Assembly: GCF_009914755.1 (NCBI RefSeq)
Contig: NC_060927.1
Source of the DNA: the human T2T-CHM13v2.0 reference genome, Homo sapiens
Strand: one strand, 5' to 3'
DNA: 64,000 nucleotides
The notes below the pieces were generated by a model. That model ran no database searches. It was given only the letters and a program-made list of their open reading frames with translations, and had not been told where the DNA came from. The position numbers and the translations under genes are program-made. This document shows positions 1-24,660 of this stretch, one piece after another (positions within the stretch are counted from its first letter, which is position 1; the number at the start of each line of letters is the position of its first letter).

Positions 1-943
1 TAAATCTAAAAACAAAACAACAACAAAAAACTTTATCAGATAAATCCTACATGTATGTCATCTTGGCATTGGTATCTGATGATTATCTTTTCCCATGCAA
101 GATGGAGATTTCCCTGGTTCTTCATATGCTGATTGCTTTTGAATTGTATCCTGGACATTTTGAATATTATGATATAGAATTCTGGGTATTTGTTTTGTTT
201 TAACAGACAATCAACCGATGGGTTCAGGTACAAGTTCCAGCCAGCTTTCTGTGGTTTCAATGTAATTTCTTATTTCAGAGCCTTTTCAGTGCTATTCAAA
301 TCTGTCTTGCATTCGTACCACACAGTGGCTAGTCTGGGACCTTGGCAATGTTTTATACTGTATCTGTACTTCAGTTCTTAAAATCAATGGTATGCTGTTT
401 AGGGTCAGATCCGTGCATGTGCCACTTGGAAGTGAGCCCAGGAGCAATTTTGTAGAGCTGTTTCCTGATCTCCTCCTTTATAGAAATCTCCCTAGTACTT
501 TCTGATTATCTGGGGCTCCCTTTTTGGTTCTGCAACCAGAAAGTTGGGGTTATTTTTATTCACTCAATGGTACATGAACTTTTTGCAACTACACTGATAT
601 CCAGAGCCAAGCACAGAAAGACAGAAAGAAGAAAAAAGAGATGGAGGTTTGTCTCACCCTCTGAGGATCACAGCTCTTCTATCAGAGGAAAGTTTCCCTC
701 TCTTAGCATTTTAGACTCTTGTAGGCCCCGCTGTCACCACTATTGCTGACACTGCCATGCCACCATGGAATTTCCTAGGAGTTGAGTATGAGAGAGTGGA
801 GAAAAGAAAAAAAGAAAAACGTGCTTTTCCCACACTTTCTGAGCCTTAGGAGACCCTCCTGCTCCTTGAGCCAGGACTAGAGGGCTTGTCCTGGAGATCC
901 CTCTGCCCATGCAAATGCCCACATTTAGATTTTGTGTTGCTTT

Positions 944-1263
<320 letters not shown>

Positions 1264-1481
1264 ATTTTGTGTTGCTTAGAGTTCAGCCTGAGTATGTAAA
1301 AGGGAAAAAATGGTAAACCCACCATAAGTTTTATGGTACTTTAAATTCCGCTCTTCTTTGCCAGTCACCAGCTACCATATAATTTTTGGAGTCCTCAAAT
1401 AGCCGTATTCAGCATAAGGTATGTTTACTCCATTTTCCCCAGAATCAGAAACCTTTATCTTGTTTGAGCCACTGAATTATT

Positions 1482-9485
<8,004 letters not shown>

Positions 9486-9576
9486 ACTGAATTATTGCTG
9501 GTTTTTTGTTGTTGTTGTTATGCCAGCTAGGCTCATTCTAACTTATTGAGTTGATTCCCCTTCTCTTTGGTCTTGC

Positions 9577-9980
9577 TGTCTTAGTCCATTTTTTGTTGCT
9601 TAGAATACCTGAAACTGGGTAATTTATAAAGGAAAGAAATGTATTTCTTACAGTTATGGAGGCTGAGAATTCCAAGGTAAAGGATGAGGAAATTCTTGCT
9701 AGTGGAGATTCTCTGCAGAGCCCCAAGATGGTGCAGGGCATCACGTGGTGAGGGAGCTGAGCATGGTAGGTTAGGTCTCTCTTCTGTTGCTTATAAAGCC
9801 ACTAATGCCACACCCATGACAATCTATTTACTCACTAATCCATGAGTGGATTAATCCATTGATGAAGGCAGAACCCTCATGATCCAGCTACCTCTTAAAG
9901 GCTCTACTTCTCAATACTGCCACATTAGAGATTAGGTTTCAACATGAGATTTGGAGAGGACAAACAATCAAACCATAGCA
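9577..9980. mobile_element. MaLR solo LTR (MST-family-like)
   Basis: TG...CA ends (TGTCTTAGTCCAT...CAAACCATAGCA), CTGGGTAATTTATAAAGGAAAGA motif, 5-bp TSD CTTGC at 9572-9576 and 9981-9985. Confidence 0.9.
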
Positions 9981-10369
9981 CTTGCACTGCATCTGCTCTG
10001 CACTCTTTTAGCCCTGGATCAATCCTAGAACCCGCCTTCCTGCCCGCTATACTCAGGATGATGTGCCGGACTGGAAAAAATTCATCCAACTGTGTGGGCT
10101 GGTGGTCTTTTACTTGTTAAATATCTCTACATAGCTCCTCCCCCATTCTTCACAGAAGTGCCTGTTAATGTTTGTATTGCTCCTCAAGACCCTTACTACC
10201 ATCCTCTCACTCTTTCAGAAAATGTCTTTACTGCCTGCTTCTCAGAGAAAATGTAGCTACTAAGCAGCTTCTTACTGCTCACCTGTAGATGTGTCTATTC
10301 ATGTGTCTTCCCTCTTGTTTTAAATAAACAGACATCCTTTCTCTCCTCCTGTCAAAGAGATATTGTTTC

Positions 10370-10487
10370 CAGCTGTCTTGGCACATGCCTGTAGTCACAG
10401 TTACTTGGAGGGCTGAGGTGGGAGGATTCCTTGAGCCCAGGAGTTCAAAACCAGCCTGGGCCACCTAGTGAGACACCATCTTAAAAA
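10370..10487 (+). mobile_element. Alu monomer (FLAM-like)
   Basis: Single arm: GCCTGTAGTC...GAGCCCAGGAGTTCAAAACCAGCCTGGG...AAAAA. Confidence 0.8.
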
Positions 10488-10492
10488 TCATC

Positions 10493-10983
10493 TGTTACGA
10501 TTAATTTTAGGTGTCGACTGTACTAAAGGATACCTAGGTGCTGGTAAAGCATTATTTCTGGGTGTGTTGGTGAGGGTGTTTCCAGAGGAAATTGGTGGAG
10601 TTGGTGGACTGAGTGGAGCAGATCTGCTCTCAATGTGAACAGGCACCATCCAATCAGCTGGGGTCCCAGATAGAAAAAAAGGTAGAGGAAAAGGCAAATT
10701 CACTTTCTCTCTCAGAGCTGGGACACTCTTCTTTTGCTACCAGATATCAGACCTCCAGGTTTTCTGGCCTTTGGACTCTGAGACTTGCACGAGTGGCTCC
10801 CTGGGTTCTCAGGCCTTCAGCCTCAAATTGAGAGTTACATCATTGGCTTCCCTGGTTCTGAGGCTTTTGGACTTGGACTGAGCCATGCTACCAGCATCCC
10901 AGGGTCTCCAGCTTGCAGACTGCAAATTACGGAACTTCTCACCTCCATAATCATGTGAGCCAATTATCCCAATAAATTGCATC

Positions 10984-11030
<47 letters not shown>

Positions 11031-11057
11031 CCTATCTATCATCTGTCTATCTTTATC
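10493..11057. mobile_element. MLT2-family (ERVL) LTR, truncated after its TATC repeat
   Basis: CTGGTAAAGCATTATTTCTGGGTGTG, CTTGGACTGAGCCATGCTACCAGCATCCCAGGGTCTCCAGCTTGCAGA and ATAATCATGTGAGCCAAT are MLT2 motifs; the usual terminal segment is missing. Confidence 0.85.
10986..11052. repeat. (TATC)n tetranucleotide microsatellite
   Basis: About 11 perfect TATC units followed by degenerate units. Confidence 0.97.
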
Positions 11058-11066
11058 ATGACTCCC

Positions 11067-11364
11067 GGGTTAATGACACACCTGCGACACAGCCTCAGGA
11101 GGTCCTGAGGACATGTGCCCAAGGTGGTCAGGGTACAGCTTGCTTTTATACATTTCAGGGAGCCATGAGACATCAATCAATATGTGTAAAATATACATTG
11201 TTTCTGTCTGCTAAGGTGGGACAGCTCGGGCTTCCAGGTCAGAAGTAGAAAAGAGAAAAAGGTTGAATTCTTTTCAGCCTTCTACTGAATACACAACTTA
11301 CTCTGGCTCAGTGAATCTGCATTTTCACATAAACAACAGGGCAGAGGAAGCAATCAGATATGCA
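11067..11364. mobile_element. MER4-group (ERV1) LTR fragment, truncated at both ends
   Basis: CAGCCTCAGGAGGTCCTGAGGACATGTGCCCAAGGTGGTC and GAGGAAGCAATCAGATATGCAT motifs; no TG/CA termini. Confidence 0.8.
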
Positions 11365-11428
11365 TCAGTAAACTATCGCAAGAACAAAAAACCAAACACC
11401 GCATAGCTGCCATGGATGCAGCTGGAGG

Positions 11429-12876
<1,448 letters not shown>

Positions 12877-12972
12877 TAATAAACGTATTCAATTAACCAG
12901 CTTATCACTCCATCTCTAACCAGTCTATAAAAGTGGAAGTCACTGTACATTGAAAAACAAACAAAAAACCCA

Positions 12973-13237
12973 GGCCAGGTGCAGTGGCTCACACCTGTAA
13001 TCCTAGCATTTTGGGAAGCCGAGGTGGGAGGATCGCTTGAGCACAGGAGTTTGAGACTAACCTGGGCAACATAGAGAGACCCCTGTTTCTACAAAAAATT
13101 TAAAAAGAAAATTTTCCAGGTATGGTGGCATGCACCTGTGGTCTCAGATGCTCAGGAAGCTGAGGTGGGAGCATCACTGGAGCCCGGGAGGTGGAAGCTG
13201 CAGTGAGCTGTGATGGTGCCACTGCATTACAGCCTGG
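12973..13237 (+). mobile_element. Alu (AluJ-like), 3' end degenerate
   Basis: GGCCAGGTGCAGTGGCTCACACCTGTAATC; GGAGGATCGCTTGAG J-type segment. Confidence 0.9.
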
Positions 13238-14483
13238 AGGAAAAATAAACAACAACACAAATACCCTGAAGCCTGCATTATCTCCTCCAAACCATATGAG
13301 GTACTGTCAAAATTTGCATGGTCTCCAACTTGATCTATACTGGTACATTGCCTCCCAGGGTGGGTGGGTGGGGGTTAGTGGGGAGATGGAGTGAGGCAGA
13401 AACCTGCTTTACCAAACTGAGATAAGAATCAGGAAAACTATCCCAGCTGTCGATGCTGGTGCAGAGCAAGAAAGGAGTCTAACACTGTCTCAGCCCTCAT
13501 TTCTAACATTAATTTTGGCAGGACATGGAAGCAACAGTGGAAAGCCTCCCTCTCCATTAATTTGGAGCTAAGAAAAAGAAAAGGTCATCTTCTGAGTTGA
13601 ACTAGTAAAACTCACATGCAATGGATGTGATTAGTCACCTTTTGGAGTAAAGCTAGAGAATATCTGAAATGGTTGGACCTCAGAAGACTGCAATCAAGGC
13701 AAATGATTTGGGTGTAATCAGAGGAAGGCAGGTCCAGAATATGAACTTCATTTAATAGAAGGCATTTAATTAATTGTGTTGTAAGGTGTTGGTGTGGGGG
13801 AAGGTTGGACAGAAAGGGAATTGGTCAGCTTCGGCTATGGAAATCCCAAGGAATCATAACTAGGCAGTGTCCAATCAAGCATGTTGTAGAGGAGAGACCC
13901 TGTCCTCTGTGCCCTTATGGTTGCTGGAGAAGTTGCTCTACTTGGGGACAGTAGTGCCTCTTCTCTCCTCAGCACTCTGGGTGCCCTTTGTACAGCACCT
14001 AGGTTGATTCCTGGTCTTTGTTATTATGAATAATGCTGCAATGAACATAATGAGTACAAGTGCCTTGTTCACCTGTCGCTGGTTTTCCAGGCATTCTGAT
14101 CCTAGGACAGGCTGCCCTGGATGGTGGACATAAGCTTTTCAGTCCCTGGGAAGAAATGTCCCCCACTGTGAGTTTATCAGTTGGTCATGAGGTTAGACTC
14201 ATGGATTTGATTAACTTGAGTGACCTCAGATTCTGAAAACTTCTGAGATCTTGACGAGGGTAAATTGTGGAATTTGGAAAGTGGTCAGTTCCCATGAGAC
14301 CTTGTGGTTGGCAGCATAGCCTTCTCTCAGAACATGCTGATCTCATCATCAGTCTCTTTCTGCCTTCAACAGACACTATCTACTTAGGTCAATGACTGTC
14401 AACCCTATCAGACTCAAAAGCCTATTTTTAAATGAATGTTTTATTATGTTCTCTTTACTATTCTGAAAAGAAATTCACAAGTA

Positions 14484-14598
14484 GGCCAAGGCAGGAGAAT
14501 CACTTGAGTCCAAGAGTTTGAGGCTGCAGTAAGCTATGATCTTGCCACTGCAAGATCCAGCCTGGGTGACAGAGTGAGACTCTATCTTTAAAAAAAAG
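14484..14598 (+). mobile_element. Alu right-arm fragment
   Basis: GGCAGGAGAATCACTTGAG...CCAGCCTGGGTGACAGAGTGAGAC plus an A tail. Confidence 0.8.
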
Positions 14599-14912
14599 AA
14601 ATTCACAGTAATACAACCTCCTACTCATATATTTTTTTAAAAAAGTCATTATTAAAAAACTGGTAAAGAGAAATACTTTGTAATAAAATTGTATGTATTA
14701 GCAAATTCTAATGTTGGGGATGACTCATTGGAAGACCTAACGAAGTAGTTGCTTTGAGATCAGAGTGAAGGTGGCGGAGGCAAGTGTAGATAGAGACAGG
14801 TGTGCTGGCAACTCAAATACCAAGAGTAATGTTGCTGTCAGTGAAGTGTGTTTCTGAAATTGTGACTACTGTTGGTAGAGTTCCAAACCAAAGTACAGTC
14901 TTACTTGCTTTA

Positions 14913-15397
<485 letters not shown>

Positions 15398-17654
15398 TTA
15401 AAACTTTGCAAAGGTAATCTGTGTTTCTAAGTAAAATGGAATTCCATTTCATACCCAGATAATTATAAACAGGTTTTTCACACAAATGTTCAGTGTGACT
15501 TCTGAAGGTTTTATAGGGCACAAGAATATTTCTTGGTTGTTGTACCTGTGCTGCACATGACTGGATAGCTAGCATCCTTGGTTCCCTCTCAGCAAATGCC
15601 ACCAGTACTATTCCAATAATTCTGACAGCCAAAAATGTCCGTTCAAGTGTCTGATACATCCCCTAGGTGGTGGTACCACTGCTGTTGAGAGACACTGAAT
15701 TAAGTGAACAGGAATCAAAATGAGGGTCCAATAATGCAAATATGCTATTTCCCACAGCACAATCATTCCATGGCCTGGCATGATGGAAAACCCTGGGTAG
15801 CAGAAAGAAGGCAAAGGCTGCATGAGAATGGGGCCAAGTGTTAGGTCTAGAGGGGGAAGCAACATTCCAGGCATGACAATATGTCAGAACTTAGGAGGGG
15901 AAACCAGGATAACACTTCACCTCTGGGACTTTGGCCAGCGTATGAGTGGGGCCAACATAGAAAGAACTGTGGCTCTGGGCCACATGGATACCCAGGTTTG
16001 TCCTCGGTGCCTGAGATCCCAGATCTGGCTGAAAAGGAAGGATTAGGGGTCAGTGCAGGAGCCTGGAAGCATTGGCTTTCTTCCTAAAATTTGAGTCTAG
16101 GGATATGACTTATTTCCAGATTCCTTATGCACAGCCCCACTCAGAAATGCCCCGATGTCTTGTATGAACTTAAGTCTTCTCAAGTAGTAGCAGCAGAGAA
16201 GAAAGCAGAGGCCAGAGAGACAACAGCCTCCATTTATCAGTACCAAGCATGTGACTGAAAAGGGGATGCCTATACCACACCATCTGATTTTCTTACATCA
16301 GAGTATTCTTTGTCCTCATTTTAACAGAAACGAATCAACTCATTATTCAAACAAAAACATGTGCTCAAAAGAACAAGGGTTGAATGGTGTTAGCAACCAT
16401 GCCTCACTCCACCCCTGTCCAACTCTGTTGGTTTCCTCTGGATGGACACAAAACAGCTGCTTGGAACTCAGATTTGGAGTTCATTTCCACAAGTAGGGTC
16501 ATGAAGGTGTGGCCATCAATTGAGGCAATGCTTATACTGAATACCACAATTTACAAGGGTAAGTAGATAATTATGCTGAGAGCCCAGGCTGAGTCCAGGC
16601 ACCACGATCCATGCTTTGTAACTCAGAAGCCAAAAAGCACTTCCATAAACCTGATATTCCCTGAAGACCATCTGAACAGGATGATGCCTCATCTCCTGTG
16701 CTTCTGATCCCAAAGCATATCCAAGACAACCGTCTAATCTCTGCTCAGGATTCAAACTACTTAATGTTTTTATTCCATTGAGCAGGCTCCTTTGTGGATA
16801 CAGATCCTGCAAAACAATAATAAAAAAAGCTCTTATCTCAATTATGAGGTCCTATTACTTCATCTGTCCCACATTCACTATAGTAGATGGTCATGAGAAG
16901 AACAAGTTCAGCTTTATAGTCCTTAATGAAATCTATTAGCAAAATTGAGTTTAAAAAAAAGAGAGAAGCATTCTGTACATTAAGAAAGATTTTCCATTTT
17001 AGCATATGAAAAGAGGGAAGGAACTAAAGAAGAAATTATCTGCAATTACAGAACAATCAAGGAGATAGCTGACTTGTCTTCCCTCCCATTCCCATAAGCT
17101 TTGATTCAATCATGCTTAAGATATTGCAGAATTATACTCCTGAAGTCCCAAGTCATTGTGCTGGTCTCTCTGACATCTTCTGTCCCTCTACTCTTTCCCA
17201 TTCTCTCCTGGGGTCTCCTATCTCCCTATGGACAGCTTTCTCCAAACCTGGCTCTGCCCCTACCTCTTGAGCACATGCCTGAGTAGATTTGAAGGCTACT
17301 TATCTTTTGGGTTTTTCCCTCAGTACCACAGAGCAACGATTTGATCCCCTGGTAGTTTAAGATCTGAGACACCACTAGAAGTTCCTCTGAACAAAGCATT
17401 CTATGAAAAGGAAGGGGATCTACATATATGCTAATATATTTATCTCTGCTTTTCTTCTGTGTCCTTTGGATTTTCTTCCTGTGTGTATCTCATTTTAATC
17501 AAGATATACTTCCCTGCCCAGAAACCCTTAATGGTTACCTATTGCCTAAAAAAATCAAGTCCAAGTTTGTCAGCATAGCATTCAAGATCCTCTGTGATTT
17601 GCCCCCTCACATGCATTTCCAACAAATCAACTCCTCTAGCCAGAGTGAGAGTCT

Positions 17655-17860
17655 GTATAATTCAGTGCTGAACGTGTAGCCTCTGCAGTCCAATCCCAGC
17701 ACAGCCACTTGTGAGCTGTGTCCTCAGGTGAGTTGCTTAAACCTGTCTATGCCTCAGTTTCCTCAACTGTAAAGATGGAATAATAATAGTAGTAATTTGA
17801 GTTGTGTGCAAACCAAGAGAACTGATAAATGTTTGTGGGCTGAGAGCAGGGCCTGATCAT
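17655..17860. mobile_element. MIR
   Basis: Core GCCTCAGTTTCCTCAACTGTAAAGATGGAATAATAATAGT. Confidence 0.75.
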
Positions 17861-20800
17861 AATGTATCAATGTACTACTCTCAACCCACTTGCACTTTTC
17901 TATCTTTGAACATTTTTTCACAGTTACCAATTTTTGAAATGCTCTTCCCTTCTCTCCACTCCTCTAAATACTTTCCATCCTTTAAAGTCCTGATCGAATT
18001 TTTCTTGCACAAACTTCCCTGAACTGTTCAATTTACAGTGTTCTTTTCTGTTTATTGTTCTTATGATCTATTCCACAAATTTTGCAAATAATCATTTGTT
18101 GCATCATGGAACTTTTTGTATTGCCACCTTGTATGTTAACTGGGAATGTAATTTTGCCTTGTCCCCTACCAACTGGCCTGTGAATTATTGGAAGCAAGGA
18201 CTCAGGCCTGTCTTTGTATACCTGGTATATTGCCTTTCCAATAGTGGCTCAATAAATATCTGTTTATTTGACTTATTTGATTCACAGGTTGAATGCAAGA
18301 TTGCCAGATGCCTTTGGAAGTGGTTAGCTAAAGGGAGACTAGAGGAGTTAGAAACATTGTTATTTGCTTGTAAAATATTTATGTTTCTATGTAAGATGTT
18401 CCATTTCCATCTTGGAAGCACTAGAACTGTCTGACTAGTGGAAATCCACCAGGATGAGATCAGGTGCTGTTTCTGGCCAGAGGGAGAGATTTGGCAGCCA
18501 GATGGGCTCTTAGAAGAGCAATTTAACCAGATGCAGAATGGCAGAGACAGAGTCCCCAGGGCTGGCTATGATACAAAGGGATCTCCTGAAGCGCAGTTGC
18601 TTCCACAAAGAAGTTTTGCAAATTCAGACCTTCCTTCCTTGCTGCTTAATTTTCCCCTGGGTGGAAACCTTTGGCATCCGAGAGGGCCAGGGCCAGGTAA
18701 GATAGGAGGAAGAGCTAGTGTGTTACTGGGCCAAAGACTTCTGGGTTCTAGTCCAGATTTTTTCAACAACTTCCTGGGTGGCCTTGGACCTTATGTCATC
18801 TCCCTAATCTTCAGTTCCCTCATCTATCATGAATGTGTTGGATCAATATGTAATCTCTACAGTCCCTGCTGACTCTCATACTCTATCACTCTAGGATTTT
18901 TCTCATAGTGGAGTCATTAGTATCTACTATGCAGGAGACAGAGACCTCCTTTGCCTGGAATTAATATTCTTTCGGTTGGGGAGATGCAATCAGAACTCTG
19001 GCCAGTGGAGCTCAATTGAGTCAGTCCCTAGGGTGTGAGATGATCTCATTTTATGGGGAGTGACCCTGCTTACAACAACTTGGAATTCTTTACCTTCTCC
19101 ACCACATCTGGGAAAGTAAGGACTTGGGATATAGGATAATGAAGAGAGGGCAGGGTAATAATGGGGCAAAGGACTTAAACTGGAGCCATATCTGATTATT
19201 TGGTCAATTGTCCTTGCCTCTAGATTATCACTGAGTGTTCCCTTTCTGTAGTCCCTGACTGAAGTCACAGTCATTAATGATGGTAGAAATCCAGGGAGAT
19301 GAAGCAAGATTACACTGAGGCTTGGTGCCAAGTGTCTACAAGTGTCAGAGACCCCACCCAGGCCTTGGACTTGGCCTTATGGGTACATTCTCCAGGACCG
19401 CCCCCACCTCACCCTGCCAGAAAGTGCTCCTCCCCTGGAACCCGCCCCCACCCAGATGACCTTCGCAGCCTTCCTCAGGTGCTCCTGGCTGCTCTCTGCT
19501 CCTGCACCACCTCTCTCTGTCAACTTAAACCCATAGTAGCCCCTCCCACTAACTCTCCTCTACTCCCCCAGCTAAGACAGCAGGTCTGCCTTTTTAAACT
19601 CAGATCAGGCTACTGGGTGTGAGGTCCATGAGGCCATGGCCTTGTGTCTTTTGGTGCTTGTGAGCTTATCTTGGGCCTGGAAAATCATGCTGAGGAGGAA
19701 GATATTCCTGCTGCTGCCACCATGGAAAACAGTGCTGTGTTCCAGGAGCTGGGGAATAGTGTGGCAAGCAGATGACCCTTGTACAGCAGAACATTGATGA
19801 CCTTCTGGAAGAGACCCAGAGATAAGGAGGGAACAGCTTGTGCGGAAAAGGGAGTCCTAGAAGCCAGTCCAAATATTGCAGATGGAATTCTTGTGAGTGA
19901 GGGCTTTCTACAAAACCGTTTGCCAAGACAGCTCACATGTTTGCAAGGCAAACATCTAGGCACAAGCTTACAAAATGAAACAGGCAGCTCAATGGCAGGC
20001 CCTGGCATGTTGTCGGTGGGAGGCGGACAAGTGAGGACCATGGGCCTTTCACCTGTCCATTTCTCTCTAGCTGCTATGGGGGGCCTCTAATGCTGTATGA
20101 GTTCTTTGACTTTCCAATCTATTTAATAGAAGAGAACCTGGGAAGTTAGCTCATCCAAGTCATGCCTCTGTCTCTACACTGGATGTTACCTGCAGCATGT
20201 GATAACAAGACAGTTCTGTTCTTTCAATAAATGCCTCTAGAGGAAAGTGCCCACCTATTCTCTGTGACCCATTCTAGGGTTTAATCGCTGTGAAATCTTG
20301 AACAATAGGCCTCACATTGACCTTAAGATGCCCCCTCGGTAGTTTACTTTTATTCCATTTCCTATTGATTACAGGTGGGGAATAGCCACTGACCAAGGTT
20401 TTCACTTGAAAGGATGCTTTTAAATACTTGACCATAACAGGCCCCCTTAACCTACACTTATTTAGACCTAATAACTTTAGAAACATTTTATACACTTATT
20501 TACTTGATAATCTTTTCCAACTATTCTATAATCTCTGCTAGTGACCACAGCTGCTCTCCCCCCGACAGAGCTCCCCTCTCCTTTCTAGGCACCCCATCTC
20601 TTCCCTACCTAAGAAATTTTTCCATCTTCAATGCACCAACATTTGAGCAGCTGTATAAGCACAAAATACTTAATTTGGGAACAGTGTCTGTGGGAAGGAA
20701 TGCTTTGTTAGTTTCCAAAGTAATGCAAAGCTTAATTTTAGAAAGTAATTTAACTTTTTTTTTTTTTTTTTTTTTGGTTCTGGAAGTCACAGAGATTATG

Positions 20801-21577
20801 GATTGCACTGCAGAGGCAGCCTGCCTCCTGATGATGCTAGCACTTTGTAGCACTGGGTTTTTCTGCAGCAGTTTCATTTTTGTTCTCATTCAGAGACACA
20901 GTGGGTCAGTTCAATAAAAACATTTACTCCCTGAGGTCAGGGCCTATGTCTTGTACAGCCTGTCTGTATGGCCAGGGCCTGACAAGGACAAGTAAGTGGG
21001 AAGTATTCTTAAATGTTGAATAGCATTGCATTGCCTATCTGCCTCCCACTCCCTACCTTGGTCTTAAACTTGGTCCAATCAGGTTCTGGAACTAGGAAAG
21101 AACAGCTATCAAGTATTGGGCAGGACAGGGACAGGCGGGATCGGATCATACCACTGCTACATTCCATGGCTCCAGGAGAAAGTTATGGTGACAAGATTGA
21201 AGAGTATCATGTCCTACCAGATCTGATATCAGTCTCTTCCTCTCAGGGACACACAGGACTAGGAGCTGAAACATAATAGGAATTGGGATAGGAATCTGAA
21301 CCAATAGAGCCAGATAGATTTGGAGACAGGGACCATGAAATGCAGAAATTAGGGGGGTACATCACCACCACCATAGTAGCAATATTTAGGGCTGGAACTG
21401 AGATAGGCTCTTGATAAGTAGCACTGCCCCAGAGCCCTCTGTGGGCTCCAGGTGAAGCACCTTCTATCATTTGCTGGGGTGCCTTTTGACTGTCATGGCA
21501 TGCTCTAGTGCCTTAACACCACGATTGGTGACATTCCCAATTCCCCAGAAATAAAATTTAAACTCTATTTTCCAAGG

Positions 21578-21579
<2 letters not shown>

Positions 21580-21614
<35 letters not shown>
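21580..21614. repeat. (CA)n microsatellite
   Basis: About 17 perfect AC units. Confidence 0.97.
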
Positions 21615-21616
<2 letters not shown>

Positions 21617-23771
21617 CTCTCTCACTCTCTCTTCCAACTGTGTTATAAGCAAAAGTCAGTTTGAGAGGAAGACAGTGATGAAGTCCCCAAGAGAAAATCA
21701 CTGTGAGTAAAGATACTGTGGCAGAGTGGACCAGACTCAACCAGAGCACCTGAATCTTGGAGGACAAGAGGTTCCAGGCAGAGCGTGAGGCTGTCTCTGT
21801 AGTTCTCACCTGAAGTCCCTCAACCCCAAATCCTAAGAGTTCCAGTATGTTCTGGAAACGAGGGGGGTGGTCTCAATTAGAAAACAAAAATCAAAACGAA
21901 ACAAAAACATGTAAACAGAGGTACGGTCATTCTGGAGTTGGTATCTTCTCTAAAAGACCTGGAAGACCCGTCCTGCTGGCCAGGGAGGAGCTGACCATTG
22001 GAGGTCAGGGGTTTGGGGGAGGTGGGCAAGAGCGGCGGCAGCCAAGGGGAAGAGGCAGCTGTAGGGTGGCACGGCAGCCCACTCCGAGAACAGAGACGGG
22101 GAAAAGGAAAGACATGACTGCACAGCCAAATGTGGCAGAGTTAGCCACTTTTGCAGTATGTTTTAAATTTTATTCAAAGTGTTATATTCTGCCAGATCTT
22201 GAAATATTTCAGAGCTCAGCCTGTGGGTGGGTTCAGCTCCATATATTTTTCATTAACATCTACTAGTAGGCCTAGGATAGTACAGAGAGAAAAGAAAGAA
22301 CCACGCCAGAAACACAGATAACGAAAAAAAACCAGGCTGACAAAAAGATACATAGGGAAAGATACAGGGAGATGCTGAGAAAAGCCGTTTTCTAGGTGCG
22401 GAGGAACACAGAGTTCTAGGAAGCAATTTAGTCAAGAGATTCAGGAAAGCCTATTAAGACGGTGTCCTGCGAGACGCTAGTTGCTACCCCAGGTTAGAGA
22501 TCAGGCGGTCCTGGATTAAGCCTCCCCGAACTGAAAACCGAACAGAAACCGCAAAGCTGCATTGTTTTGTTTGTCCCTTGGTTGGGCTCCGGGCAACCAG
22601 CGCGCTGGGGTTCTGACACACTGCCTGAGCGCCCCCTGCTGGCCACTGTGCAGAACTTCACCGTCTGGGCCCAAGGTGAAATCGAATTACGTAATTTCTC
22701 GAGCTTTGCACACCCCATTTTTACATTTTTATTTATTTTTTATTTATTTTTGTATTTTCCCAAGCTCCTGGCTTCACTGAAGCCTACTGTCTAATGCCAG
22801 CGCTTGAATGCTCTGACTGCCAAGGTCCTAAGGCCCAGTGAGGGCAGTCCTGAGAGACCCAGCCTAATGAGAGTGCACGCAGGGGCTTGGCTGAACATTT
22901 ATGAAACACGTGCCACATACAAAGTGCTGCGGAAAGGCCCAAAGGGATTTCATTTGGCTTTTCGTCTTCTTGCCTCAAAAGGGAGGCTAGAATTAAACTG
23001 CCCTTCTGGGGCCGGGGTGAGAGCCCTTCCCCGCCCAGTTCTGACCTTCGGAGCAGCCTTCCAAAATAAATCCCCAGAAGAGCCTCTCAGGGCACCAGCT
23101 GGCGCGCCTCCCTCTTTCCTTTCGTTATCTCTCTCCCTATTCATCTTCTCTTTCTTCTCTGCTTGGAGAGGAGAAATTGCAATGTGCAAAGCCCCTGGGG
23201 CGAGAGGGAGAGAAATACAAGTCTCCCCAAATGCCAAGCCTATGTTACTGCTAAGAATAGCCTTTATCTCTGGGAGGAAGCGCAGGAGACCTGGTTCCTG
23301 TTTCTCTCTCCCTCTCCCTCCCTCCTTTCTCCCTCTCTTCTCCCTCCCCCTCACACCAGATGAAGGTTGATTATAAAGAGGGCAGTGAGCCTGTCTTTCC
23401 TAAAGTGACTGAGACTTGAGTCACAAAGGCTAGAGAGGGGATGTGGGAGGAGAGAATGAGAGTCCAGAGGCAGGGTGGGAGGGAAGGGAGAAGGCAAGAG
23501 CAGCATGGGGGAAACAGGAAGAACAGGACACGGGAGTCTGCAGCCAACTGATTGACAGGGGTGGTGGGACCCTCAAGGAGCGTCCCTGAGGTCAGCAGTG
23601 GGGGCAACTGGGGCTTTAGGCACGCCCCCCCCCCCCCCATTCTGGCAGGACACAGGCATCACCTTGAGGGATGGGGACAGGTTTCCAGACCTCTGGCTAG
23701 TATATGGGCTCACAGTAAGCAACTCTCATCTCCTCAGAGATTAGAAACCCAAATTATGTCTCTAAAAATCA

Positions 23772-24083
<312 letters not shown>

Positions 24084-24660
24084 TCAGAGGCACAGGGTGA
24101 GAACATCAGAAAGGATTCTCTTTCCTTTGTAATGAAGAATTAAACAGATGTTACAGTTAACTGCCTTGCAGGAGTGACCCTCAGGGAAATGGGGTCACAT
24201 GCTTTAGTATCTTCATTACCTGCTGGGCCCCCGCCCATTGTTTCTTTCTTTTGTCCACCTTCCCTCCCAGCTTGCCCTCTTTCCTCTTTTCACGAGTGCA
24301 GCTTTTTGCCCACACCGTCAGTGATGTTCCCCAGCTCTGGGCTCTGGCTTCCTCCCCTACTCACCTTTCCTGTTGCTCCTGGATCTGCTTTTCCGGTCAG
24401 AGTGCTTTTGTGGAAGGAAGGGGAAGAGGATGTTGGCATATCTGCTTGGGGATCCAAATGTCTGATGCCTTGCAGATTTCTAACAGGACTAAGAGATATC
24501 TCATAGAGTTTGAGGAGAGTCAGGCTCTAGGTCTTTCTTGACTCAACATCAATCTGCAAAGCACTGCTGAAAAATTACTAGACATCTGACAGCCCGTAAG
24601 TTGTATTATCTCCTATCTTGAATAGCCCTTGTCCACTTCTACCATAGAAAAGTATTTTAG

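Noticed and set aside
22804-23370. 188-aa ORF and its overlapping 134-aa antisense ORF
   Set aside because: No recognisable domain; composition is driven by CT/GA-rich low-complexity sequence.
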